A stretch of DNA of 64,000 nt from Pristiophorus japonicus (Eukaryota), in the NCBI RefSeq assembly GCF_044704955.1, contig NC_091987.1:85002001-85066000 (forward strand). The letters run 5' to 3'. Below, piece after piece: positions 1 to 10,830 of the stretch (its first letter is position 1; each line of letters starts with the position of its first letter). The notes under the pieces were generated by a model. The model was not told the DNA's origin. It saw nothing but the letters and a program-made list of their open reading frames with translations, and did not search any database. Both the position numbers and the translations under genes were made by a program.

Positions 1-2417
1 AACCAGGAAATAGTGGGGGCTTGTAAAAAGGGAACAGCAATAATCATGGGTGATAGTAACTTCCATATTGATTGGACAAATCAAATTGGTCAGGGCAGCC
101 TTGAGGAGGAGCTCATGGAGTGCATAAGGGACGGGTTCCTTGAGCAGTATGTAACAGAACCAACCAGGAGGCAGGCTATCTTAGATCTGATCCTATGTAA
201 TGAGACAGGATTAATAAACAATCTCCGAGTAAAGGATCCCCTCGGAATGAGTGATCATAACATGATTGAATTTCAAATTCAGATGGAGGGTGAGAAAGTT
301 GGATCTCTAACCAGCGTACTAATCTTAAATAAAGGAGACTATGAAGGTATGAGGGCAGAGTTGGGTAAAGTGGACTGAGAAAATAGATTAATGTGTAGGA
401 CGGTTGATGAACTGTGGTGTACATTTAAGGAGATATTTCACAACTCTCAAGAAAAATACATTCCAGTGAGGAGGAAAGGGTGCAAGAGAAAAGATAGCCA
501 TCTGTGGCTAACTAAAGAAATAAAGGACGGTATCCAACTAAAAACAAGGGCATACAAAGTGACCAAAACTAGTGGAAGGACAGAAGACTAGGAAGCTTTT
601 AAAAGTCAGCAAAGAATGACTAAAAAAATGAAGAAGAAAGGGAAGATAGACTATGAGAGTAAATTAGCACTAAATATAAAAACAGATAGCAAGAGTTTCT
701 ATAGGTATATAAAAAGGAAAAGAGTGGCTAAAGTAAATGTTGGTCCCTTAGAGGACGAGACCGGGGAATTAATAATGGGAAACATGGAGATGGCAGAAAC
801 TCTGAACAAATATTTTGTATCAGTCTTTACGTTAGAGGACACCAATAATATTCCAACAGTGGGTAGTCAAGGGGCTATGGGGGCGGGGGGAACTTAACAC
901 AATCACAATCACTGAGGAGGTGGTACTCAGTAAGATAATGGGACTAAAAGCAGATATATCCCCTGGACCTGATGGCTTGCATCCTAGGGTCTTCAGAGAA
1001 GTCGTGGCAGGGATTGTAGATGCATTAGTTGTAATTTACCAAGATTCCCGGGATTCTGGAGAGGTCCCAGCAGATTGGAAAACTGCAAATGTAATGCCCC
1101 TATTTAAAAAAGGAGGCAGACAAAAAACAGGAATAGACCAGAAAGCCTAACGTGGTCGGGAAAATGTTTCCCTTGTCCATTATTAAAGAAGCAGTGGCAG
1201 GACATTTGGATAAGCAAAATTCAATCAGGCAGAGTCAGCATGGATTTATGAAGGGGAAGTCATGTTTGATAAATTTGCTGGAGTTCTTTGAGGATGTAAC
1301 GAACAGGGTGGATAAAGTGGAACCAGTGGATATGGTGTATTTGGACTTCCAGCAGGCATTTGACAACGTGCTACATAAAAGGTTGCTGCACAAGATAAAA
1401 GTTCATGGAGTTGGGGGTAATATATTAGCATGGATAGCGGATTGGCTAACTAATAGAGAACAGAGAGTCGGGATAAATGGTTAATTCTCTGGTTAGCAAC
1501 CAGTAACTAGTGGGGTGCCGCAGGGATTAGTGCTGGGTCCCCAACTATTTACAATCTATATTAACGACTTGGAAGAAGGGACTGAGTGTAACGTAGCCAA
1601 GTTTGCTGACAATACAAAGTTGGGTGGAAAAGCAATGTGTGAGCAGGACACAAAAAAATCTGCAGAAGGACATAGAGAGGCTCAGTGAGTGGGCAAAAAT
1701 TTGGCAGTTGGAGTATAATGTTGGAAAGTGTGAGGTCATGCACTTTGGCAGAAAAAAATCAAAGAGCAAGTTATTATTTAAATGGAGAAAGATTGCAAAG
1801 CGCCACAGTACAGCGGGACCTGGGGGTACTTGTGCATGAAACACAAAAGGATAGTATGCAGATACAGCAAGTGATCAGGAAGGCGAATGGTATCTTGGCC
1901 TTTATTGCAAAGGGGTTGGAGTATAAAAGCAGGGAAGTCTTGCTGCAGCTATACAAGGTTTTGGTGAGGCCACACCTGGAATACTGTGTGCAGTTTTGGT
2001 TTCCATATTTACGAAAGGATATCGTTGCTTTGGAGGCAGTTCAGAGAAGGTTCACTCGGTTGATTCCGGGGATGAGGGTGTTGATTTATGAGGAAAGGTT
2101 GAGGAGGTTGGGCCTCTACTCACTGGAGTTCAGAAGAATGAGAGGTGATCTTAACAAAATGTATAAGATTATGAGTGGACTCGATAAGGTGGATGCAGAG
2201 AGGATGTTTCCACTGATGGGGGAGACTTGAACTAGAGGGCATGATCTTAGAATAAGGGGCCGCCCATTTAAAACAGAGATGAGGAGAAATTTCTTCTCTC
2301 ACAGGATTCGAAATCTGTGGAATTCGCTGCCTCAGAGAGCTGTAGAAGCTGGGACATTGAATAAATTTAAGACAGAAATAGACAGTTTCTTAAACGATAA
2401 GGGGATAAGGGGTTATG
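1..2417 (+). mobile_element. CR1 LINE ORF2 (end of endonuclease plus RT), degenerate, 3' tail deleted
   Basis: ORF fragments ILDLILCN, SDHNMI, QHGFMKGKSCL, YLDFQQAFD, LVRPHLEYCVQFW; multiple stops and frameshifts. Confidence 0.95.
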
Positions 2418-2870
2418 TCCTCTTCACAACTTGCTAGGTTAGCATAGGTTTGGCACACAGTAAATCTCCGTCTACATTATCCCATCAAACACTCCCAGGG
2501 TAGGTACAGTATGGGTTAGATTCAGAGAAAAGCTCCCACCACACTGTCCCATCAAATACTTCCAAGGCAGTTACAGTATGGGTTAGATAGAGAGAAAAGC
2601 TTCCTCTAAACTGTCTCATCAAACTCTGTCAGATCAGGTACAACATGGGTTAGATACAGCGCAAAGCTTCCTTTGCATTATCCTGTCAAAAGCTCCCAGG
2701 GCAGGTACAGCACAGGGTTAGATACAGAGTAAAACTCTCTCTATACTATCCCATCAAACAGTCCCAGGACATGTACAACATGGGTTAGATACAGAGTAAA
2801 GCTCCTTCTACACTGTCCCAGCAAACAATCCCAGGGCAGGTACAGCACGGGTTAGATACAGAGTAACTCT
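2418..2870 (-). repeat. 67-bp satellite array (~6 units) with the CR1 junction remnant at its left end
   Basis: Reverse complement of GCTGTACCTGCCCTGGGAGTGTTTGATGGGACAGTGTAGAGGGAGCTTTACTCTGTATCTAACCCGT repeated. Confidence 0.9.
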
Positions 2871-2873
2871 CCC

Positions 2874-2975
2874 TTACTACAACAGTGACTACAATCCAAA
2901 AGTACTTCATTGGCTGTAAAGCACTTTGAGGTGTCCTTTGGTCGTGAAAGGCAACAAATAAATCCAAGTCTTTCT
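2874..2975 (+). mobile_element. L2-derived 3' tail of a SINE (Deu-SINE type); mirrored at ~34945-35041
   Basis: TACAACAGTGACTAC...AAGTACTTCATTGGCTGTAAAGC...GTCGTGAAAGGC tail motif. Confidence 0.6.
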
Positions 2976-2999
2976 CCCTCTTCACTGTCCCATCAGACA

Positions 3000-3314
3000 C
3001 TGCCAGCCCATAATGAGCAGGGCTCAGGGAGGTTGGTTGCTAGGCACTGCAGTGTTATCATAAAGCAGGGCCATTCAGCCCAGTGGGTCCTCTCGATGTC
3101 CCTTTAAAGGTGGAGAGCTGGGACATCCTGTCTCAACACACATCCCCCTGTTCATACTGAGAATCCCCGGGGAAGGCCCAAGGCCCAGAGTGTGGAACAC
3201 AACCAAGGGGAAAAGAGGAGGAGAGACGGTGCAGTGTGGGAGAGGAGGGAGGAGTCTGCTCATTCCCAGGGCAGATCAGACAAAGTGCTTTGAGTGGTGG
3301 GTCCAGCAGTGAAA
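3000..3314 (-). pseudogene. Possible decayed PRY/SPRY (B30.2)-like exon
   Basis: Strong acceptor TTTGTTTGTTTTCAG, phase 1, then SLLDP...GCV..GPWAFPGDSQYEQGDV with the G-F-Y-V spacing of the PRY-SPRY motif GSEGFTSGRHYWEVEV; weak similarity only. Confidence 0.3.
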
Positions 3315-3864
3315 CTGAAAACAAACAAAGGGAATAAATAAAGATCCAATTCAAGGGAACAAGCAACAGTCATTGGGCAGACATCACAACTGGCCCAAAA
3401 TTATTCAATAGGCGAGCATCGATTGCTTATTGTGGGAAGTTCCACACTTCAACCATCCATTGAGTGGAGAAGTGTTTCCTAACATCTCTCCTGAATGGCC
3501 TGGCTCGGATTTTAAGGTTATGTCCCCTCGTCCTAAACACCCCAAGCAGCAGAATAAATTTCTCTCTATCTACCCTAGCAATTGCTTTCAAATTCACACT
3601 AAATTCCCACAGGCTAGGTGGCGTATGGGTTAGATACAGAGTAAAGTTCCCTCTCCCATGCCGCAGGGCACACTTCGGTGTCCGTCCCAATCGTGCTGAG
3701 CAGCTTATCAATTAAAATTCAGCAGCAGTACGATCTGCCACTGCACTGAAAACTTTCCACCCGCAGCTCCTGATCAGTTTCAGGTTAAAGCTCCTTCTAA
3801 ACTGTCCCATGAAGCACTCCCAGCAGGGAGCAGGGACAGCACGAATTAGGTATACAGTAAATCT

Positions 3865-3945
3865 GTGTCAGAGGAAACTGTACCCCAGTGAGAGTCAGTG
3901 CCAGAGGAAACTGTACCCCAGTGAGAGTCAGTGCCAGAGGAAAAA
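3865..3945. repeat. 33-bp tandem repeat GTGCCAGAGGAAACTGTACCCCAGTGAGAGTCA (~2.5 units; ~7 units at 33815-34050)
   Basis: Direct periodicity of 33 bp. Confidence 0.85.
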
Positions 3946-4169
3946 TGCAGCAGAGCCTGGTCTCCAGTCATCTTGGATCCCTTGCCACTGGACCAAGATC
4001 TTGCTCTGCCAAGCCCGTGTGGTAGCTATTGTGCAAGGGCCACCTCACGTTAAAAGAATTCATGCTATTAGCAATACATAACAACCCTCTTCCTCTGCAG
4101 TTATCAATCTATTGCAATTCCCCACCCTGTAGTTTCATTATATTACAATTCAAAATATCTTCAGTTATC

Positions 4170-4630
4170 AGCAACAAATGGCATCTATATCACGCCTTAA
4201 ACGGAGTAAAATGTCCCAAGGCACTTCACAGGACTGTTAGCAAACAAACTTTGACACCCAGTCACGTAAGGAAATATTAGCACAGGTGACTGAAAGCTTG
4301 TTCAAAAGGCTAGGTATTAAGGAGCATTTTAAAGGTGGAGAGGTTTAGGGAGGAATTCCACAGCTTATGGCCTCGGCAGCTGAAGGTATGGCCACCAATA
4401 TTGGTGGGATGAAAATTGGGGCTGCTCAAGAGGCCAGAATTGGAGGAATGCAAAGATCTGAGGGTTGTCGCGCTGGAGGAGGTTACAGCAATAGGGAGGG
4501 GCAAGGTCCTGGACAGATTTCAAACCAAGGATGAGAATTTTAAAAGCGAGGCATTGATGGAGCAGGAGCCAATGTAGTTCAGCGAGCACAGGGGTGATGG
4601 GTGAACGGAAATTGGTACAAGTTGGGATGA
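4170..4630 (-). mobile_element. L2 LINE 3' fragment
   Basis: Translation LAELHWL...FKILIL, PKLWNSL-like motif and L2-type 3' tail. Confidence 0.75.
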
Positions 4631-4778
4631 GAGGGCTGAGGACAGATTGAGTAGAATAGGCCTATATTCTCTGGAGTTTAGAAGAACGGAAGGTGATATC
4701 ATTGAAACATATAAAACTCTTAGAGGAATTGACAAGGGCTGGATAGTCTAGAGTTAGGGGTCCTAGTATTAGGATTAG

Positions 4779-5517
4779 GAAGGTGCAACGAGACCTGGGT
4801 GTCATGGTACATCAGTCATTGAAGGTTGGCATGCAGGTACAGCAGGCGGTTAAGAAAGCAAATGGCATGTTGGCCTTCATAGCGAGGGGATTTGAGTACA
4901 GGGGCAGGGAGGTGTTGCTACAGTTGTACAGGGCCTTGGTGAGGCCACACCTGGAGTATTGTGTACAGTTTTGGTCTCCTAACTTGAGGAAGGACATACT
5001 TGCTATTGAGGGAGTGCAGCGAAGATTCACCAGACTGATTCCCGGGATGGTGGGACTGACCTATCAAGAAAGACTGGATCAACTGGGCTTGTATTCACTG
5101 GAGTTCAGAAGAGTGAGAGGGGACCTCATAGAAACGTTTAAAATTCTGACGGGTTTGGACAAGTTGGATGCAGGAAGAATGTTCCCAATGTTGGGGAAGT
5201 CCAGAACCAGGGGTCACAGTCTAAGGATAAGGGGTAAGCCATTTAGGACCGAGATAAGGAGAAACTTCTTCACCCAGAGAGTGGTGAACCTGTGGAATTC
5301 TCTACCACAGGAAGTAGTTGAGGCCAATTCACTAAATATATTCAAAAGGGAGTTAGATGAAGTCCTTACTACTCGGGGGATCAAGGGGTATGGCGTGAAA
5401 GCAGGAAGTGGGTACTGAAGTTTCATGTTCAGCCATGAACTCATTGAATGGCGGTGCAGGCTAGAAGGGCTGAATGGCCTGCTCCTGCACCTATTTTCTA
5501 TGTTTCTATGTTTCTAT
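4779..5517 (+). mobile_element. 5'-truncated young CR1 present only in the left arm
   Basis: Open RT C-terminal ORF 4783-5418; (TTTCTATG)n tail; empty site at ~32985-33000 in the right arm. Confidence 0.92.
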
Positions 5518-5699
5518 AACAGATCGGTCATTTAAGACTATGAGGAGGAGCTATTTCTTCACTCAGAGAGTTGTGAATCTTTAAAATTCTCTATCGAATA
5601 GAGATCTTACTGAATGGCGGAGTAGATGGGAGGGGCCGTATGGGCAACTCCTGCTGCTACTTCTTGTGTTCTTGAATAAGGATACAGGCAGGAGTGTTT

Positions 5700-6305
5700 T
5701 AGAAACAGAAATTTACAGCGCAGAAGGAGGCCATTTCGGACCATCATGTCCGCGCCGGCCGACAAAGAGCCGCACGGCCCTCGGTCAGCAGCCCTGAAGG
5801 TTACATATAAACCTATGAACAATGGCGGAAAGGTAAATAGCACCCAGCCTAACCAGCCCGCCGCACACAACTGCGACACCCCGAAACATTCTACACACCA
5901 CCCTAACCATGTGATGTCCTGGGAGAGGCAAAAACCAGGTAAAAACCCAGGCCAATTTAGGGGAAAAAAATCTGGGAACATTTCTCTCCTACCCATCCAG
6001 GCGATCGAAACTAGTCCAGATCACCCTGGCCATATTTGATTCCCTGCAGCACTTACCATTATATCTGCGCCAGCCAATAAGAGGTGATCTAGTCTAATCC
6101 CAATTACCAGCTGTAGGTCTGTAACCCTGCAGGTTACGGCACTTTAAGTGCCCATCCAACCATCTCTTAAAAGTGGTGAGGGTTTCTGTATCCACCACTC
6201 TTCCAGGCAGCGAGTTCCAGATCCCCACAACCCTCTGCGTAAAGAAGTCCCCCGTCAAATCCCCTCTAAACCTTCCACCAACCACCTTAAAACTATGCCC
6301 CCTAA
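5700..6305 (-). mobile_element. CR1 3' fragment with long 3' UTR
   Basis: RGHSFKV...FFTQRVVGIWNSLP motif; tail at ~5700; mirrored at ~32185-32810. Confidence 0.8.
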
Positions 6306-7079
6306 GTTTAAGCTTATGTTTACGGAGAGTGCGAGGTGTGAGGCCGATCAGAGGCATGGATGAGGGTTGGAGCAAATGAGCTGAGGAAGGGGCAGAGACC
6401 GGCGATGTTATGGAGGTGGAAGTAAGCGGACTTGGTGACTGAGGGAATATGGGTTCGGAAGCTCATCTCGGGGTCAAGTACGACGCCAATCAATAAATTG
6501 CAACTCCCCATATCTGTGTTTCAGTATATTAGAATACTACATATCTTGAGTGATCAATGCTTCAATATTAGTAGTTATCAATATAAAATAGTTATCAATA
6601 TATTTTCTTATCATTCTAAATGTTCATGAATGAATAATTGATTCTGTGGGTGATGGGCCGTGCTGGTCTTTCAGATGGGTCTGTGCACCATGATCAGTGA
6701 ATTGACGATGTGCTTCCGGTTCAATCTTTCCATTGGCTTTCTCACCAGATGGGAAATATTTGAACATTGAGATCTGATGGTGTCGGTGTGAGTTCAGCCG
6801 CACCTAATGTACAGAGACCGGTCCATCTGCTGGGCTCTGCCTCAAACTGGAGTCACCTCTTAGATCAAAGCCCTTTACTCTAAAACACACACAAGATTCA
6901 CTGTGACTGTGTTTAGAGACAGAAACTGATCTCACTTCACATCCCATTGCACGGCCTCATGCTGGATAATTGTACTCGGTGGTTAGTCTCTCCTGGTCTC
7001 ATTTCCTGTCTTACCTTGTAATCTGTGTGTACTGTCTACAGGATCAGTGTATATCTGAGTAAATGGCACTTTCTCTTAC

Positions 7080-7245
7080 CTTTCTCCCCAGTCGATCTAT
7101 TGAAGCGCTTTCAATCGGAAGGGGCTCACTGGTTTGTGCTCTCACAATCCTGTGCTGGTTCACCTGCTGTTGTTCCTCAGTCCACAATCCCTGTTTCCTT
7201 CCAGCTGTGGAACTTTCTCAATCACTCCGCCATTCACCGGGAGAT
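7080..7245 (-). ncRNA. Putative non-coding internal exon of an outward transcript (left arm)
   Basis: Acceptor TTCTGCCCTGTGATAATTAG and donor AAG|GTAAGA (second donor CAAG|GTAAGA ~65 nt downstream); no recognisable coding frame. Confidence 0.55.
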
Positions 7246-7419
7246 CTAATTATCACAGGGCAGAAAATTAGAAGATTAATGTTGTGAAGTGGAATGTAAT
7301 GTAAAGTGTTTTTCCAAAGTTTCAGAAAAGTATATGTCCAGTATTTCTGTTTGATTTTATCTTTTCCTCAGATCTCTGTCCCGCCCATCTGGACTTACAG
7401 AAAATCACCAGAATTCTCC

Positions 7420-8181
7420 CCGGGTTACACACTGTCTGATCTCACTGGGCCCCCGGGTTACACATTGTCTTATCTCACTGGGCCCCCGGGTTACACGCTG
7501 TCTGATCTCACTGGGCCCCCGGGTTACACATTGTCTTATCTCACTGGGCCCCCGGGTTACACGCTGTCTGATCTCACTGGGCCCCCGGGTTACACGCTGT
7601 CTGATCTCACTGGGCCCCCGGGTTACACGCTGTCTGATCTCACTGGGCCCCCGGGTTACACGCTGTCTGATATCACTGGGCCCCCGGGTTACACGCTGTC
7701 TGATCTCACTGGGCCCCCGTGTTACACGCTGTTTGATCTCACTGGGCCCCCGTGTTACACACTGTCTGATCTCACCGGGCCCCCGTGTTACACACTGTCT
7801 GATCTCACTGGGCCCCCGGGGTTACACACTGTCTGATCTCACCGGGCCCCCGTGTTACACACTGTCTGATCTCACTGGGCCCCCGGGGTTACACACTGCC
7901 TGATCTCACTGGGCCCCCGGGTTACACACTGTCTGATCTCACTGGGCCCCCGGGTTACACACTGTCTGATCTCACTGGGCCCCCGGGTTACACACGGTCT
8001 GATCTCACTGGGCCCCCGGGTTACACACTGTCTGATCTCACCGGGCCCCCGTGTTACACACTGTCTGATCTCACTGGGCCCCCGGGTTACACACTGTCTG
8101 ATCTCACTGGGCCCCCGGGTTACACGCTGTCTGATCTCACTGGGCCCCCGGGTTACACACTGTCTGATCTCACTGGGCCCC
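7420..8181. repeat. 33-bp minisatellite GGGCCCCCGGGTTACACACTGTCTGATCTCACT (~23 units)
   Basis: Direct periodicity; translates as (GPPGYTLSDLT)n. Confidence 0.97.
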
Positions 8182-8439
8182 AGACGAGGAGCCGAGGGGA
8201 GCGGGAGAGAGACGACGACAGGAGTCCCTCAGCTTTCGCAGGAACCGCCCGCCCGCCCCTCCCTCCCCAGTCATTCTGGGGATGTGCCTGTGTCAGTCTG
8301 TGTGCGCGTGTCCGTCTCTCTCGCCTTCACCCCCATTCCATGTCTCATCTCCCCCCTGGGACACTCTCCCTCGGCCCCCTCTCCCCCCGGGACACTCTCC
8401 CTCGGCCCCCTCTCCCCCCGGGACATTCTCCCTCGGCCC

Positions 8440-8850
8440 CCTCTCCCCCCTGTGCCGCTCAGCTCCGCTCACTTTCCGCCATCTTGTTTACCTTCATAAA
8501 TGGCAGGACTCCGGGGATCCCGGACATGCGTAGTGCCGCCTCACAGCGCGCTCGGGGAGGCGTTGTCCGCCCTGCAATTGGCTGATTGACCTGATTGACA
8601 GGCCGCCCACCAATCGCGGCCCTGTATCTGCCATTTACCTCGCCCACTCCCACAGTCGGAGGCGGCCCGCCGGGTGACGTGTCTGCGATTCGAATTCGCG
8701 CCGCCGTTCAGTCTGCGCCAGTGACGTCACCAATCCGGCAGCGCGCTGCGTGACGTCAACAACACGACAAGAAGGGGTGTGTGACGTCAAAACCCCAGCA
8801 ACGCAAGGTGTGTGACATCAGTAACCTGGCAACGCAATCTCTGTGACGTC
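8440..8850. promoter_or_regulatory. CpG-island bidirectional promoter (left arm)
   Basis: CpG-rich; four palindromic CRE TGACGTCA sites (~8723, 8751, 8782, 8844); CCAAT boxes; YY1-type CCGCCATCTTG at ~8476. Confidence 0.75.
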
Positions 8851-8854
8851 ATGT

Positions 8855-9215
8855 AGCCTGGCAGGGAGGGCACTGAGCCCACAGGATGGGTATACCGAGC
8901 CTGGCACCAGGGGAGGGCACCGCCCCACAGGATGGGCGTATACCAAGCCTAGCACCAGGGGAGGGCACCGACCCCACAGGATGGGTATACTGAGCCTGGC
9001 ACCAGGGGAGGGCACCGACCCCACAGGATGGACGTATACCGAGCCTAGCACCAGGGGAGGGCACCGACCCCGGTGGCCGTGTACACAGCCTGGCACCAGG
9101 GGAGGGCACCGCCCCACAGGATGGCCGAGTTATGAGCCTGGCACCGGGGGGGCAGGGAGAGGAGGGCACAAACCCCACAGGATAGCCAAGTACCGAGCCT
9201 GGCACCAGGGGTAGG
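8855..9215. repeat. ~48-49-bp minisatellite (~7 units)
   Basis: ACCGAGCCTGGCACCAGGGGAGGGCACCGACCCCACAGGATGGGCGTAT repeated. Confidence 0.9.
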
Positions 9216-9380
9216 GAGGGCACCAGGAAAACCATTGGCGGGTTTTACCATCAGTGACAGGCCCAGATTACCCAGGTGTATTGGCGTTGCATGGCCCATG
9301 GGACAGGAACAAGAAGGAGAGAATGATCTGAAGTTCTATCCTGTACTTACAGTGATGACTTTTGTAAACTCCTTTTAAAG

Positions 9381-9484
9381 AATATTAGGAGAAGATTAGC
9401 ACACGGGAACCTCAAACCCAAAGATCACGTCCCTATCTGCCAGAGTCAGTCGATTCGTCAAGGGCTGATTATCATCGGCCTTTT
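9381..9484 (+). pseudogene. Start of a ZNF-family main exon truncated by a CR1 insertion
   Basis: TTTGTAAACTCCTTTTAAAG|AATATTAG...ATCATCGGCCTTT is homologous to the acceptor and exon start of the ZNF genes at 16872 and 48741. Confidence 0.75.
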
Positions 9485-10428
9485 ACATAAGAACACAAGA
9501 AATAGGAGCAGGAGTAGGCCGTACAGCCCCTGGAGCCTGCTCCGCCATTTAATACAATCATGGCTGATCTGATTATAGACTCAGGTCCACTTTCCTGCCC
9601 GCTCCCCATAACCCCTTAATCCCTTATCGGTTAAGAAACTGTCCACCTCTGCTTTAAGTTTATTCAATGTCCCAGCTTCCACAGTTCTCTGAGGCAGCGA
9701 ATTCCACAGATTTACAACCCTCTGAGAGAAGCAATTTCTCATCTCAGTTTTAAATGGGCGGCCCCTTATTCTAAGATTATGCCCCCAAGTTCTAGTCTCC
9801 CCCATCAGTAGAAACATCCTCTCTGCATCCACCTTGTCAAGCCCCCTCATAATCTTATATGTTTCGATAAGATCGCCTCTCATTCTTCTGAATTCCAATG
9901 AGTAGAGGCCCATTCTATTGAACCTTTCCTCAGAAGTCAACTCCCTCATCTCCGGAATCAACCTAGTGAACCTTCTCTGAACTGCCTCCAAAGCAACTAT
10001 ATCCTTTCGTAAATATGGAAACCAAGGCAGTATTCCAGGTGTGGCCTCACCAATACCCTGTACAACTGTAGCAAGACTTCAATGCTTTTATACTCCATCT
10101 CCTTTGCAATAAAGGCCAAGATACCATTGGCCTTCCTGATCACTTGCTGTACCTGCATACTAACCTTTTGTGTTTCATGCATAAATACCCCCAGGTCCTG
10201 CTGTACTGCAGCACTTTGCAATTTTTCTCCATTTAAATAATAACTTGCTCTTTGATTTATTTGCCAAAGTGCATGACCTCACACTTCCAACATTACACTC
10301 CATCTGCCAAATTTTTGCCCACTCACTTAGCCTGTCTATGCCATTTTGCAGGTTTATTGTGTCTTCCTCACACATTGCTTTTTATCCCATCTTTGCATCG
10401 TCAGCAAACTTGGCTACGTTACACTCGG
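9485..10428 (-). mobile_element. CR1 RT 3' part with tail
   Basis: ORFs 9581-9991 and 9997-10221; tail at 9485-9500; cut at the duplication breakpoint. Confidence 0.93.
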
Positions 10429-10505
10429 ATATGATGTAATTGGCATCACGGAGACATGGCTCCAGGGTGACCAAGGCTGGGAACTCAATATACAGGGGTA
10501 TTCAT

Positions 10506-10830
10506 TACTATACCTGGGTGTGTGCTGTGGAGATCCGAGATGAACGTCTCCCTGCTCTTTTTTGATAGCGCTACGCGGTTACCCCACAACAGGCAGTCTG
10601 CCTGAATGGACAGCTCGTCCTTTCGCCGCTGGAATGGCTTGATTGGCTCTTGCATTTCAATGGGGATGCTGGCCCAGCTCCCATGCAGTATACAGTTTTT
10701 TTACTGGGGACAGCAGAGATTCTTGGCTGGTCCAAGTCCTAATCTGGCGGCCGTGACAGGTGATTTATCATTTTCAAACGCTTCTATGACCATGAACAAG
10801 TCTGCGGGCTGCGCCACCATCAACAAGTTT
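10506..10830 (-). mobile_element. Ty3/Gypsy pol fragment (region leading into the integrase zinc-binding domain)
   Basis: Minus-strand translation with frameshifts: SPVT..IRTWTSQ..GSWASIPIEMQEPIKPFQRRKDELSIQADCLLWGNRV..TFISDLHSTHPGIV. Confidence 0.8.

Larger units (their letters stand above)
1..10428 (+). repeat. Left arm of large inverted segmental duplication (partner ~27635-40265)
   Basis: Position 1 AACCAGGAAATAGTGGGGG matches the reverse complement at ~40245-40265. The same order of CR1, 67-bp satellite, SINE tail, L2, exon, 33-bp minisatellite, CpG island, 49-bp repeat, ZNF exon and CR1 recurs in reverse. Paired ORFs, e.g. 7025-7249(+) vs 31230-31490(-). Confidence 0.95.

Noticed and set aside
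10506-10545. U1 snRNA-like start TACTATACCTGG..GGAGAT
   Set aside because: Similarity does not extend; the sequence is the antisense of Gypsy pol (LHSTHPGIV)
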